DNA of 64,000 bases, taken from NCBI GenBank assembly GCA_907165135.1, contig OU015567.1, positions 1 through 64,000 of the forward strand, read 5' to 3'. Each line of letters opens with the position of its first letter. The first letter of the stretch is position 1. The notes below the pieces were generated by a model. It was not told where the DNA came from, did no database searches, and saw nothing but the letters and a program-made list of their open reading frames with translations. Below are positions 35,805 to 46,352 of this stretch, one piece after another. Source of the stretch: Oikopleura dioica (taxonomy: Eukaryota; Animalia; Chordata). Position numbers and translations under genes: made by a program.

Positions 35805-36946
35805 GATTCAATAGTTCTTTTTCGAAAAAAGAAGCTCCAAAAATAGAAAATTTAAAAGATACCCACAACGGGTCATACTGATAAGAATAGCGGAAAAGAA
35901 CATAAAAAATAAAAATTGAATCTTCCACTCACGGCCAGAATTTCGCCAATTAGGTTGATTTTGCATGAAAATCACTTGTTAAACGGACTGAAGATTTATG
36001 GAGCCAAATCTTTGGAAAGCATGAGTTCATCAAAATCTATATTTCTCATTCATAACGTACGCGTTATTTCACATTCTCTGAAGGCACCTTAGCCACCCGT
36101 TTCGGCGGTTTTCTTTAATCTTTCTAGTGTTCAGTTTGTTCTCCTATATTTTCTGACTGGTAATTATTTTTGATGAAATAATTCTTCTCTTTCTTGATAT
36201 CAACAACGATTCGGACTGCTTTGGAAATGCATTATTCTGCTCATAGGAAAATACTTCAATTGGCTCTCTTCTATGATTTCAACGGAGCTGTTGCATGAAA
36301 TTCATCCTCTAGCTGAGTTCCGCTAACGCGGCTTGACACTGTGACCCCGTGATCCTCGGGATGGCGGTGTCTGTAAGTGCTCCTAGGTAGGCAAAATCGA
36401 TTGAACACTTTTCTGGCTCGCTTCAGGATTACTGACCATTCTCCTCAAACCGACAGAACTGCAGCTTCAACGATGGCGGCGACTTCTCCAGCTACTACAA
36501 CGACGACAACGACAACGCAATGGACTGACAATGATTATGGAAATGGACTTGGACAAAGTAAAATAAAAATTGATTAAGAATTCTATCAAGAGTGATATGG
36601 CCACATAGTGGGAAGTTGATCTCTTGATATGATTTTAATTTGAAATTAATCAAGAAAAAAAGATTATTACGAGCGTGGCGATTGCGGAAAATTTGATGTA
36701 ACGAAAAAACAATTGGCGCGAAAGCGCCGCGTCATTATTGGAAACAACAACAAAAGCGCGAAATGCGCGAAACGCCTTATTTGGAAATATTTGCACCTGC
36801 CAAAAATTGCAAATCTGAAAATTTTGAATTTGAATTTCACTCTCTTCATAACCAAAATAATAAAAGCCACGTTTCGTATTTTGAAGCCTCATCCTTAGCA
36901 AGACGCAGTTAGATTAGAGAGTCAGTAATTAGAGTTATCTGCATCA

Positions 36947-38410
36947 GGGCGATTCATGATAACGATGACCATCGAAAAAATTTTTTTTTGAATTTTTTCT
37001 GTTGGGTTTGAGAGGCTCAGAATCAACCAAAATGACGCTCGGAAGACTGCAGAAACGCTGCAAATAAAATAAGGGCAAAAACGAACTTTCAAAATTTTGA
37101 CCTCGTTTTTGGGCGATTCATGAAAACGATGACCATCGAAAAAAATTTTTTGAATTTTTTCTGTTGGGTTTGAGAGGCTCAGAATCAATCAAAATGACGC
37201 TCGGAAGACGGCAGAAACGCTGAAAATAAAATTAGGGCAAAAACGAACTTTCAAAATTTTGACCTCGTTTTTTTGCGATTCATGATAACGATGACCATCG
37301 AAAAAAAAATTTTTTTTTTTAAATTTTTTTTCTGTTGGGTTTGAGAGGCTCAGAATCAACCAAAATGACGCTCGGAAGACGGCAAAAACGCTGCAAATAA
37401 AATTAGGGCAAAAAACGAATTTTCAAAATTTTGACCTCGTTTTTGGGCGATTCATGATAACGATGACCATCGAAAAAAAAATTTTTTTTTTTTTGAATTT
37501 TTTTTCTGTTGGGTTTGAGAGGCTCAGAATCAACCAAAATGACGCTCGGAAGACGGCAAAAACGCTGCAAATAAAATAAGGGCAAAAAACGAATTTTTAA
37601 AATTTTGACCTCGTTTTTGGGCGATTCATGATAACGATGACCATCGAAAAAAAAATTTTTTTTTTTGAATTTTTTTTTCTGTTGGGTTTGAGAGGCTCAG
37701 AATCAACCAAAATGAAGCTCGGAAGACGGCAGAAACGCTGCAAATAAAATAAGGGCAAAAAACGAACTTTCAAAATTTTGACCTCGTTTTTGGGCGATTC
37801 ATGAAAACGATGACCATCGAAAAAAATTTTTTTTTTTGAATTTTTTTTCTGTTGGGTTTGAGAGGCTTAGAATCAACCAAAATGACGCTCGGAAGACGGC
37901 AAAAACGCTGCAAATAAAAAAAGGGCAAAAAACGAACTTTCAAAATTTTGACCTCGTTTTTGGGCGATTCATGATAACGATGACCATCGAAAAAAAATTT
38001 TTTTTTTTGAATATTTTTTCTGTTGGGTTTGAGAGGCTCAGAATCAACCAAAATGACGCTTGTAAGACGGCAGAAACGCTGCAAATAAAATTAGGGCAAA
38101 AAACGAAATTTCAAAATTTTGACCTCACTTTTGGGCGATTCATGATAACGATGACCATCGAAAAAAAATTTTTTTTTGAATTTTTTTTCTGTTGGGTTTG
38201 AGAGGCTCAGAATCAACCAAAATGACGCTCGGAAGACGACAGAAACGCTGCAAATAAAATAAGGGCAAAAAACGAACTTTCAAAATTTTGACCTCGTTTT
38301 TGGGCGATTCATGATAACGATGACCATCGAAAAAAAATTTTTTTTGAATTTTTTTTCTGTTGGGTTTGAGAGGCTCAGAATCGACCAAAATGACGCTCGG
38401 AAGACGACAG
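36947..38410. repeat. Satellite block 3
   Basis: About nine monomers. Confidence 0.97.
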
Positions 38411-40080
38411 TGATACCAAATCTCTGGTTTTTCTGATTGCAATTAAAATATAACTAATCAAATTAATTTTTCTGCAATAAAATTTGATCAAAATTTTTGC
38501 TTTTACGGTTATTTGTTTATTCGAGGAATGAGGGAAATTTGGCGGTGAGCGAAAATGCAAAAATTATGCAGCTGCATTTTCCAAATAAGAAAACAATATT
38601 GCACGCGCGGAAAGCATGGTTTTTCAAAACACAGAGTTCACAAGTTCGTCCCAGTTTTCTTCCGGATAATCATTAGCGATCTTTTCAGATCAAATTCTTT
38701 CGCATGAGCCGGGTTCTCAGGCTTTTTCTTTTCGCTTCAGGAGACGAACAGTGAAGGGATGAATTATGTCGCGGAAAGCGGCGCCAAATTTCGCATAAAT
38801 AAAATAAAGAAAGATTAATAAAAGTTAAGGAAAGCAAGGTAAAATAATCTATAATAATAATTGGCCAGAAATTAAAATTATAAATTTACAGAAAAGATAA
38901 TAAAAAGTAAATAAAATAGTTTCTCATTTTTTTGTTATTTTTTTTTTTGATTTTTTTTTCAATTATGTTTGCATAAAATACAGTTAAATAAAGTGTAATG
39001 ATTAATTTAAATTACAGAAAAATTTATAAAGTCAAAACTACTTCGGCTCACCTTGCAGTGCTTATTGACGCCTTTTGCTTCACTCGCTACTTTGCGTCAA
39101 GCCCTATCGTTGACAGGGAACCGCAAGATGCCAAGTATCTGCAGCTTGAAGCTTGCCATCCGGCGCGCCCATGGGTGCCATTTGAAGTAGAATTGAAGAG
39201 TTGGCGAGGTGGTAGAACTCGCGTCCGCGCCGATAGCAGCAGTCGAAGATTTTCCAAATTGAACAGAATAAGATAAACCCACTAGCTAGAAATTAAGAAC
39301 AAATTAACCCTCGAACACTAAGGGCTTTTACAGAGCAAAGACACCTAATTTAAACTAGGAAAGAAACGATCCAAGCAACATTTTTTCAATTTCAAATAAA
39401 ATTAACCCTCGAACATGCGGGACTTTTCATGCATAAACAAGAACGATAAGAGTAATTTTAGAAATCATAAATGAAAATTAACCCTCGAACACTTAGGTTA
39501 AGTTAGAATCAAGAATTTTAATAAAATGAACCCTCGAACACAAGGGTTTCCATGCAACCAAATGTTTTGTTCCGAGCAATATATCGATCATGCTAATTTT
39601 TAACAAGCGAATTTGAAGTATTTTAGTAGATAAATTCGGGATTAAGCGGTTATTTTTGATAACGCTTCTAAATAAATTTTCAATAATAATTGTACAGAGG
39701 TTATATGTGCACGCGTACGTACTGTTAAGCCTAGACTTTAACCGCTTAATTTAAACCCTAACCAGAAGAATTGAAGAGTTCGGCCGCTCGCTGACTTTAG
39801 AGGTCTGCCGAGGTTCTAGCTCCGATGCAGACATAAAGCCGCGAGAAGACCTTTTACCAGTGATGAGATGAAATTTGGGACCGTGAAGAGACGTTTTTTG
39901 GATTGTGAAGAGTCTCTTTTGAACCGCAAGGAGACTCTTTTGGGCGGAAATTTCGACGCCATCTTTTCAAAATTTTTGGTGTGAATTCGGGCTGTATTTT
40001 GAAGCTTAGTTTGAGTTCAATTTCACCGTGAAGATTATCAGAAGATTTTTTTTTTCGGCATTTTCTGTAGTATTGTATCA
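38411..40080 (-). repeat. E 3' LTR
   Basis: TGATA/TATCA termini; direct repeat of 46352-48021. Confidence 0.96.
39041..39155 (-). ncRNA. Three-way-junction motif, E copy (also 46982-47096)
   Basis: Sense strand: ATCTTGCGG-TT-CCCTGTC(AAC)GATAGGG-CT-TGACGC...GCGTCA-ATAAGCA-CTGCAAG|GTGAG. Confidence 0.68.
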
Positions 40081-40227
40081 CTGTGACCACTTATGGGTCC
40101 GGAACTATTTTTCTTCCATTCTTTTTTGTCAGTGATACAATTATTTTTTCCTACAGAAGAAAATTTTTTAATATAAGCTTGGCTAATTGAACTCAAGCCT
40201 CAAACTACAATTGATACTATTTCTATT

Positions 40228-43200
40228 CTAAAGAGCCGTTTCAGGGCTAAAAATTAGCTCACCGTTGGCGCGCTCGTGATTTGGAAAGTTGTCGAAAAAA
40301 AACTGATCGATTATTTCTCGCGCTTCGTATTTTCTAAGATGGAAGACGCTTTTGATGTCATAAAATGCTGCAAGGGCTTTTAATTCAGGTTTACTGAATT
40401 CACTCAATTTAGTCGGTTTTAAAACAACGAAGATTCCGTAGAAAAGGAATTCTCCGTTCGTTGCTTTTTTCCAAAATTTAAAATTTTTTTGAACATGATT
40501 TCTAATTTTTAATCTAAGCTCAGAAACCTCATCATCTTCCCAATCAACTAATTCAAATTTGTTTGCTATGTACTTAAGCATAAGCATGGAAAGCTCGCTA
40601 AGCTTACAAAAAATTCCTTTTTCGATCGACATATTCTGTTTACACTGATCATAAATCTGGTCGAATCGATCAAAAAGCTCTTGATTCTCATTTTGTAATT
40701 TAAAATTAATTGAAAAATCCATCCTGTCCGTCTGTTCGGCAAGTGCAATCTCAAAATTATCGCTATCTAAAATTTGGCACTTACCGGAACGTCCAGAATT
40801 GGAATCTTTGGACGACTCCCTTCCTCGTTTTTTGGGATTTAAGGGATTGTGACTTACATCTAGAATGTCAAAACTAGTTAAATTTTGCTCAATTATCTGG
40901 GTCTCAGTTTCGGTGATGCGCTCGAGATTCTCATTATCTAAACTCGAACTATCTGAAGTTTCAACTACATTCTGTAATCGGCTATTGTTGATTATTGGAG
41001 AATTAAACGAACCGGGGCTATGACTATCTGATTTTTTGGGCGTATCAAGGTCAGAAAATGTTAATTTTTTGTTAAGATTTTGTTGGGCCGGGTTATTTTG
41101 GTCTGAATTTTCGGGGGAATCAAGGTCCGAAAAAGTTATTTTTCTGCGGATATTCTGTGGTTTTGGGGCTAAACAAGGGGTGTTATGCGGAGGAACTGGC
41201 TCTCTTGTCTCGGGCGCAGCGTTGCTTAAAATCGGCTCTGCCTGGGCTTTGCAGTCGTCATCAGTTATTTCGGGCTGAGAACTGATTTTCTTGGGAAATT
41301 TTAGCATGACAATTGGGTCAATAGGAGCCTGATCTGGAACGTCATTTTCAAAATCACTATCTGAGCTAATCTTTGAGCTGTCACTTGAACCCGTCACCTT
41401 TCCCGATTCTGAACTCTCTACGTATTTGGAGTGCGAAGAATTTTTGGGATTTTCAGAGAGATGCTCTGCAATATCAATATTCGGCGACAAAGCGATCTCC
41501 TCGCTGGAGCTTCTACTTTCGGATCTCTCCTCATGACTTATATCTGCTTCAGAAATATTTCTTCCCTCGGAAAGACTCTTTTCTTCAGAAGTGCTTGTAT
41601 CTACCAAAAAGAACGTTTCTTCTTCTTCTTCCGACTCGAAATTAAATTGCGCTTGAGCATTAGGATTTTGATAACCCATTTCTAGCTCGACAGTATTTTC
41701 CGCGATCTCTTCAACATCTTCTTCCGTTCTACGCTCAATATATTTTCTCAGATCACAACCGTGTCTTTTGTATTCGTACCCAGTTTGTAAATTTCTCAAC
41801 GTATACCAAGTTGATTTAGAAGATTTACTTATAATCAAAAAAGGTCCTACAAACGGTGGATATTTTGATTTCAAGTTCTTCATTAAAACTTTAGCTCCAA
41901 CTTCGTATTCAACATACTTTGAATTCGAATACTTCTCGACTCTTTTACTTTTTTCGACCTCTATTTTTTCTTTGATTTTTTCAAAATCAATATCAATCTT
42001 TTCGCCGTATTTTCTGAAAAGAGGATCATTCGGATTGTGTACTTCCGCGACGCCTGTTTCGATTTGAAATGGACTGTACTCAGAGACAGAATGAATACTA
42101 CCGTTTATTCCATGAACTACTTGACATATCCAATTGTCCCAATTTTCCATATTACAAACGGCGCGAAGACGAGCCTTGATTGTGCGATTAACAACTTCAA
42201 TACCGCCATTTGTCTGAGGATGATACGGCGGACTCAACTTGTGCTCGATTCCTTTCTCCTTCAAAAAATTAGCTACTCCGAAAAACTCCGTTCCGTTATC
42301 TGAAAGTACACTTTTTGGGACATGCGGAATAGAAAACACGATTCGTTTGAATTTCTCCAAAACTTCGTATTTATTTTTCGACGCAAGAGGTTCCGCATAA
42401 ACTTTTTTTGAGAAGAGATCAACAGCAGTTAAACAAAATTGCATGTCAGAATCGGTTGGTCTTAAGGGCCCTATTAAATCAATTGCGAGCTTCTGAAAGG
42501 GAGCGCAAGGGGTCTCACTTTTACCAAGCGGGGGACGATTTGGGTGAGTATCTGGTTTAGCCGCTTGACAATGTCCGCAAGACCTAATAAAATGAGCAAC
42601 GGATTCCCGCATTCCAGGCCAAATATATTTCATGGAAAGCTTATTAAAACATATATCGATGCCTTCATGGCCGGGTTCATGGTAGTTTTGGACCACAGAA
42701 GAGACGAGTTGGTCGGGAATACAAGTGCGAGTTTGACCGACAAAATCGAGAAGCGCGAGACGGCCATCCTCCTGAATTTTCAATTTATCTCGGTGCAATT
42801 TATAAAAAATGATTTTTCGGTCCGAGGTTGAATTCGGCCAGCGATCAATTTTTACGAACTTGAAAATTTCAGAGAGAGTTGGATCGAGCATTTGAAAATG
42901 GACAAGGTCGCCTTCCGAATACGCAATTTCACAAATATCAATTTTTTTGGTTTTCGAATTTGAGCGACTAAGATAGTCGCTTATTTTCATATCTTTTGAT
43001 TTTCGCTGAACCGGCTTATACGAAAATCCTTGAATATTCATAATCCAACGCTGAATTTTTCGGTTTTTCGTTTTTAAAGAATTAATAAATTTTAAGCATG
43101 AATTATCAACAATCCATTCAAATTCATTAAATAAAAGATACGGTGCCCAGCGCTCCATGCACGTCATTCCACTAAAAAGCTCTTTCTCTACAGTAACATA

Positions 43201-45222
43201 TCGAGCTTGCGTCTCTGAAAAATTTCCTGAATGGTAAGCGATCTGGCGCAAGCAATTTTCTCCGTGCTCGTGCGCTAAATTCGAAAAACGGCAAAAAGAG
43301 AGGCATCCGCCGAAGCCCGTTTCTGAAGCGTCGGTCTCAAGGACAAATTTACAATCTTTTGGAGGCAATGACAATTGAAGCGCATTACTCGAAATTATCC
43401 CCTTCAGTTTCTCAAACGCTAGGGTTGCTTCTGGAGTCCACTCGAATTTTCCTCGATACGTTTTCGTAATTGGAAGCGCAAGCTCTGCAAAATTCTCAAT
43501 AAAGCGCCTGTGGCTTGATAAAGCTCCGAAAAGCGAAATCGCTTCGTCCCGATCTTTTGGGATTTCCCGATCCTTTATCGCTTCCACTCTACTCTGCGAA
43601 GGCCGTATACAACCGTTCTCAATTTCAAACCCGAGAAAATCAACCTTTTTCACACAAAAAATGGCTTTTCTTGCGTTAAGTCGAAGCGAGTTTACAGCCA
43701 TCAATTTGAAAAATTTTTGCAAGTTTTCCAAATGTGTTTCGTAGTCTGGGCTATGGACAATAAGGTCATCCAAATAAGCTGTTATTTCTGTCCGCGGAAC
43801 GTCTTCGAGGACTTTGTCGACTACTTTCGCAAAATAACTCGGTGAGTTACGAGTCCCCATTGGCATTCGCCTAAACTGAAACTGACCATATTCGCAACTG
43901 AATGCGGTTTTTTCCTTTGAACTGTCCTCAATCGTGATCTGGTGGAACCCCTTGATCATGTCTGCTACGCTATAAATTCGGCTCTCCGCTAAATAATTGA
44001 GCGTGTCTTCAATATTTGGCAACGGGTGATTTGCCTGGACTGTGACGGAGTTTAGTCGCCTAAAATCAATAACTAGCCTAAATTTCCCATTCTTTTTTCT
44101 TACTAAAAGTAACGGCGAATTCCATGGACTGTTACTTTTTTCAATTATTCCATGTTTCTCAAACAAAGTAAGAAGCTCTTTTAAATACGGTCGAAGACTG
44201 TACGGAGTACGATACGGATCAGAACAAACTGGAGGATGGTTACCAGTATCTATAACAAATCTGCCAATTTCAGAAGGTGGAAGAATGTCCTCCTCATCGA
44301 GAAACAGAAACCAGTATTTTTCAATTAATTCGAGAAGCTTTTCTTTAAGCTCAACCGGCATATCTCCGATAACTATTTTACTCAAAATACTTTCAAGAGT
44401 TTCTTTACTTGCCACTTGAAGTTCCGATACCTGAGCAACTGGAAAAAGCTTTGCAAAAACTGTCCCACGCGGGATTTTTATGCTCGCGTCTGTGGGATTG
44501 ATCACGAGAATTCGAAAACGCTTCGAATCATTTTCTACAGTTTGGATGGAAGGAATTAATTCTAACTTCGATTTTTTAAGAGCGCTTTCCTCAAAAAATA
44601 AATTACATGAACTTTCTAAACCAACTACTTCCAGATCAAATATTGTCTCCGATTTTGCTCGAAAAGTTCTGGTCTCCACTGAAACTGCATCAAAAGCCTC
44701 ACTTTCTCCGGGCGACAGATCCTCGAATCCCGAATTAAAACCCTCTTGACTCTTTGACAGCAAATCAACTCTTTTTCCGCTCATTTTCTCACAAAGATTT
44801 GCGTGTCTTTGAATCGGTCCGGCCTGGATCATTCTTCGACGTTTAAGATTAAGAAGACAGTCGTTTCCCTCTAGAAAATTGCTACCTAAAATCGAAGAAA
44901 ACTCGTCTGGAACAATAAATAATTTAGCTTTTCCCCACTCCACGGAATCAATCTTTACAGCGGCTTCGATAAACCCTTCGATTTTCATGGCAGAATTGTT
45001 GAAGCTATTAACGATTAAGGAAGAGCTAAATATTTCACAATTTTTTGGAACAAATTTTTTCTGGAGAGTACAAATCTGACTTCCAGTGTCAATTAAAAAA
45101 TTTACAGAAGAGTCGAAAACCGAAGCATTCACAAAATATTGACTCCCAATTTTCGAAAAACTACTAGAGAGAATACTAATTAATGGAAGGTCGTCCTGGC
45201 CAAACGAACTTCCATGAATTAG
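40228..45222 (-). CDS. pol: E pol polyprotein, uninterrupted (PR, DUT-like region, RT, RNaseH, IN, long acidic linker, helical C-terminal domain)
   Basis: 1634-aa open frame: FLIDTGSQI, YLDD, LETDAS, HEPGH..CGHC, DDE, VGPF; entered by a -1 shift at TTTAAAC (45228-45222). Confidence 0.96.
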   Translation of the reverse strand, partial: LIHGSSFGQDDLPLISILSSSFSKIGSQYFVNASVFDSSVNFLIDTGSQICTLQKKFVPKNCEIFSSSLIVNSFNNSAMKIEGFIEAAVKIDSVEWGKAKLFIVPDEFSSILGSNFLEGNDCLLNLKRRRMIQAGPIQRHANLCEKMSGKRVDLLSKSQEGFNSGFEDLSPGESEAFDAVSVETRTFRAKSETIFDLEVVGLESSCNLFFEESALKKSKLELIPSIQTVENDSKRFRILVINPTDASIKIPRGTVFAKLFPVAQVSELQVASKETLESILSKIVIGDMPVELKEKLLELIEKYWFLFLDEEDILPPSEIGRFVIDTGNHPPVCSDPYRTPYSLRPYLKELLTLFEKHGIIEKSNSPWNSPLLLVRKKNGKFRLVIDFRRLNSVTVQANHPLPNIEDTLNYLAESRIYSVADMIKGFHQITIEDSSKEKTAFSCEYGQFQFRRMPMGTRNSPSYFAKVVDKVLEDVPRTEITAYLDDLIVHSPDYETHLENLQKFFKLMAVNSLRLNARKAIFCVKKVDFLGFEIENGCIRPSQSRVEAIKDREIPKDRDEAISLFGALSSHRRFIENFAELALPITKTYRGKFEWTPEATLAFEKLKGIISSNALQLSLPPKDCKFVLETDASETGFGGCLSFCRFSNLAHEHGENCLRQIAYHSGNFSETQARYVTVEKELFSGMTCMERWAPYLLFNEFEWIVDNSCLKFINSLKTKNRKIQRWIMNIQGFSYKPVQRKSKDMKISDYLSRSNSKTKKIDICEIAYSEGDLVHFQMLDPTLSEIFKFVKIDRWPNSTSDRKIIFYKLHRDKLKIQEDGRLALLDFVGQTRTCIPDQLVSSVVQNYHEPGHEGIDICFNKLSMKYIWPGMRESVAHFIRSCGHCQAAKPDTHPNRPPLGKSETPCAPFQKLAIDLIGPLRPTDSDMQFCLTAVDLFSKKVYAEPLASKNKYEVLEKFKRIVFSIPHVPKSVLSDNGTEFFGVANFLKEKGIEHKLSPPYHPQTNGGIEVVNRTIKARLRAVCNMENWDNWICQVVHGINGSIHSVSEYSPFQIETGVAEVHNPNDPLFRKYGEKIDIDFEKIKEKIEVEKSKRVEKYSNSKYVEYEVGAKVLMKNLKSKYPPFVGPFLIISKSSKSTWYTLRNLQTGYEYKRHGCDLRKYIERRTEEDVEEIAENTVELEMGYQNPNAQAQFNFESEEEEETFFLVDTSTSEEKSLSEGRNISEADISHEERSESRSSSEEIALSPNIDIAEHLSENPKNSSHSKYVESSESGKVTGSSDSSKISSDSDFENDVPDQAPIDPIVMLKFPKKISSQPEITDDDCKAQAEPILSNAAPETREPVPPHNTPCLAPKPQNIRRKITFSDLDSPENSDQNNPAQQNLNKKLTFSDLDTPKKSDSHSPGSFNSPIINNSRLQNVVETSDSSSLDNENLERITETETQIIEQNLTSFDILDVSHNPLNPKKRGRESSKDSNSGRSGKCQILDSDNFEIALAEQTDRMDFSINFKLQNENQELFDRFDQIYDQCKQNMSIEKGIFCKLSELSMLMLKYIANKFELVDWEDDEVSELRLKIRNHVQKNFKFWKKATNGEFLFYGIFVVLKPTKLSEFSKPELKALAAFYDIKSVFHLRKYEAREIIDQFFFDNFPNHERANGELIFSPETAL

Positions 45223-46352
45223 TTTAAATTGTCCTTATTTTTGGCTCCCGCCGGGACCTTTCGGTCAGGGCATGATTTTGCCATGTGACCCGACTTTCCA
45301 CAAACAAAACAAGTAATTTTTGGACACTCTGATCTCCAGTGCTCATTCGTATTACAGGGTCGGCAGAACCTCGTTCTTTGTCTCCACTGGCCCTGGCTCG
45401 GGGCGGATAACCCGGGGCGACCTTGCTCTTGCTGACTGCTCTGGTTAGGAAAGCGCGTGGCGTAAGGGCGAGGTGAGAAGTCTCGCCCTTGATTGCTTCC
45501 TAGCTCGTTTATTTTCGCCGCCAAAATCGCGATCTGATCGATGAGTCGGCCGTTTTGCTCCTCTGCTCTTGCCTGATTAGCCGCAACTGTCTGTTCAAAT
45601 TTCTTGGCTTGTTGAGCGAGCATTTGTGACTGGCTCTCCATCAGATCGTCAATTTGCGCCTGAATCTGCACTTTATTAACCGACGTACAATTCGATTTCA
45701 TGTGCCGCTTGCGCGTGTCCAGATAATTAGCAATAGTCTCTACTGACTCGTCCCACTGCAAATTATCAAGCAGAAAACTCCTGTTGGCCGGGCTGATTGA
45801 TTTTTTAAATTTTTCTGATATCAGAAATTTTTTATTTTCCTCATTTTCTGTAATCAAGCCCGCAACAGAAGTGATCCGCTTCAAAAATCGAGAAAACGGT
45901 TCCGAATTTTCGACCTTTCTGGACATAGATTCAAGGGAATCTTTCGCGCGTTCCACTTTTTCCTCCCGGGACTCCTCCTGAAAAAGGCTCGAAATAAACT
46001 CGAGTCTATCATCTGCGCCCTCGATCCTACTCAATTCCTCCCCATATTCCCCATAAAAATCCGGTGCACAGCAGTGCAGAACAAAGTCCCCGGCTAGATC
46101 TCTGAACTGAGCCTCCAGCTCAGTTTTTTTTGAAGAAGGATGGGCCTCAAACGCTCTGTCAAGCCCCCACTTAGCCCGGGTGATTTTATTCCGCACATTT
46201 TTGTACAGCAGATCTTTCTCAAAAAATTTCATTTTGAGGCTAAACCCCTGCCCCGAAGGAACCGAAAAAAGGTTTGCCGCATTAAGTATTTCTTCTGGGC
46301 TCTTACTTTTTGGAAGTTGCGTGTCCGTTCGTGTCTCTAGCGGGGTCGCCAT
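45219..46352 (-). CDS. gag: E gag, intact, 377 aa, two CCHC knuckles
   Basis: MATPLETRT...CRPCNTNEHWRSEC..CFVCGKSGHMAKSC; ATG uses the last LTR base. Confidence 0.95.
   Translation of the reverse strand: MATPLETRTDTQLPKSKSPEEILNAANLFSVPSGQGFSLKMKFFEKDLLYKNVRNKITRAKWGLDRAFEAHPSSKKTELEAQFRDLAGDFVLHCCAPDFYGEYGEELSRIEGADDRLEFISSLFQEESREEKVERAKDSLESMSRKVENSEPFSRFLKRITSVAGLITENEENKKFLISEKFKKSISPANRSFLLDNLQWDESVETIANYLDTRKRHMKSNCTSVNKVQIQAQIDDLMESQSQMLAQQAKKFEQTVAANQARAEEQNGRLIDQIAILAAKINELGSNQGRDFSPRPYATRFPNQSSQQEQGRPGLSAPSQGQWRQRTRFCRPCNTNEHWRSECPKITCFVCGKSGHMAKSCPDRKVPAGAKNKDNLN

Larger units (their letters stand above)
29076..36946 (+). mobile_element. Element D2: tandem duplicate of D1
   Basis: LTRs 29076-30142 and 35879-36946; same GGGCG TSD, same premature stops, same 5'/3' LTR differences; offset 8832 bp. 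Confidence 0.96.

Noticed and set aside
38998-39282. Small ORFs inside LTRs (92 aa in E; 72-94 aa in D and G; 63-127 aa in B)
   Set aside because: Not conserved between sister families, several need non-ATG starts, and the conserved part is better explained by RNA structure.
40228-40740. Chromodomain at the integrase C-terminus
   Set aside because: No aromatic-cage chromodomain pattern after the GPY/F motif; the region looks helical and repeated.
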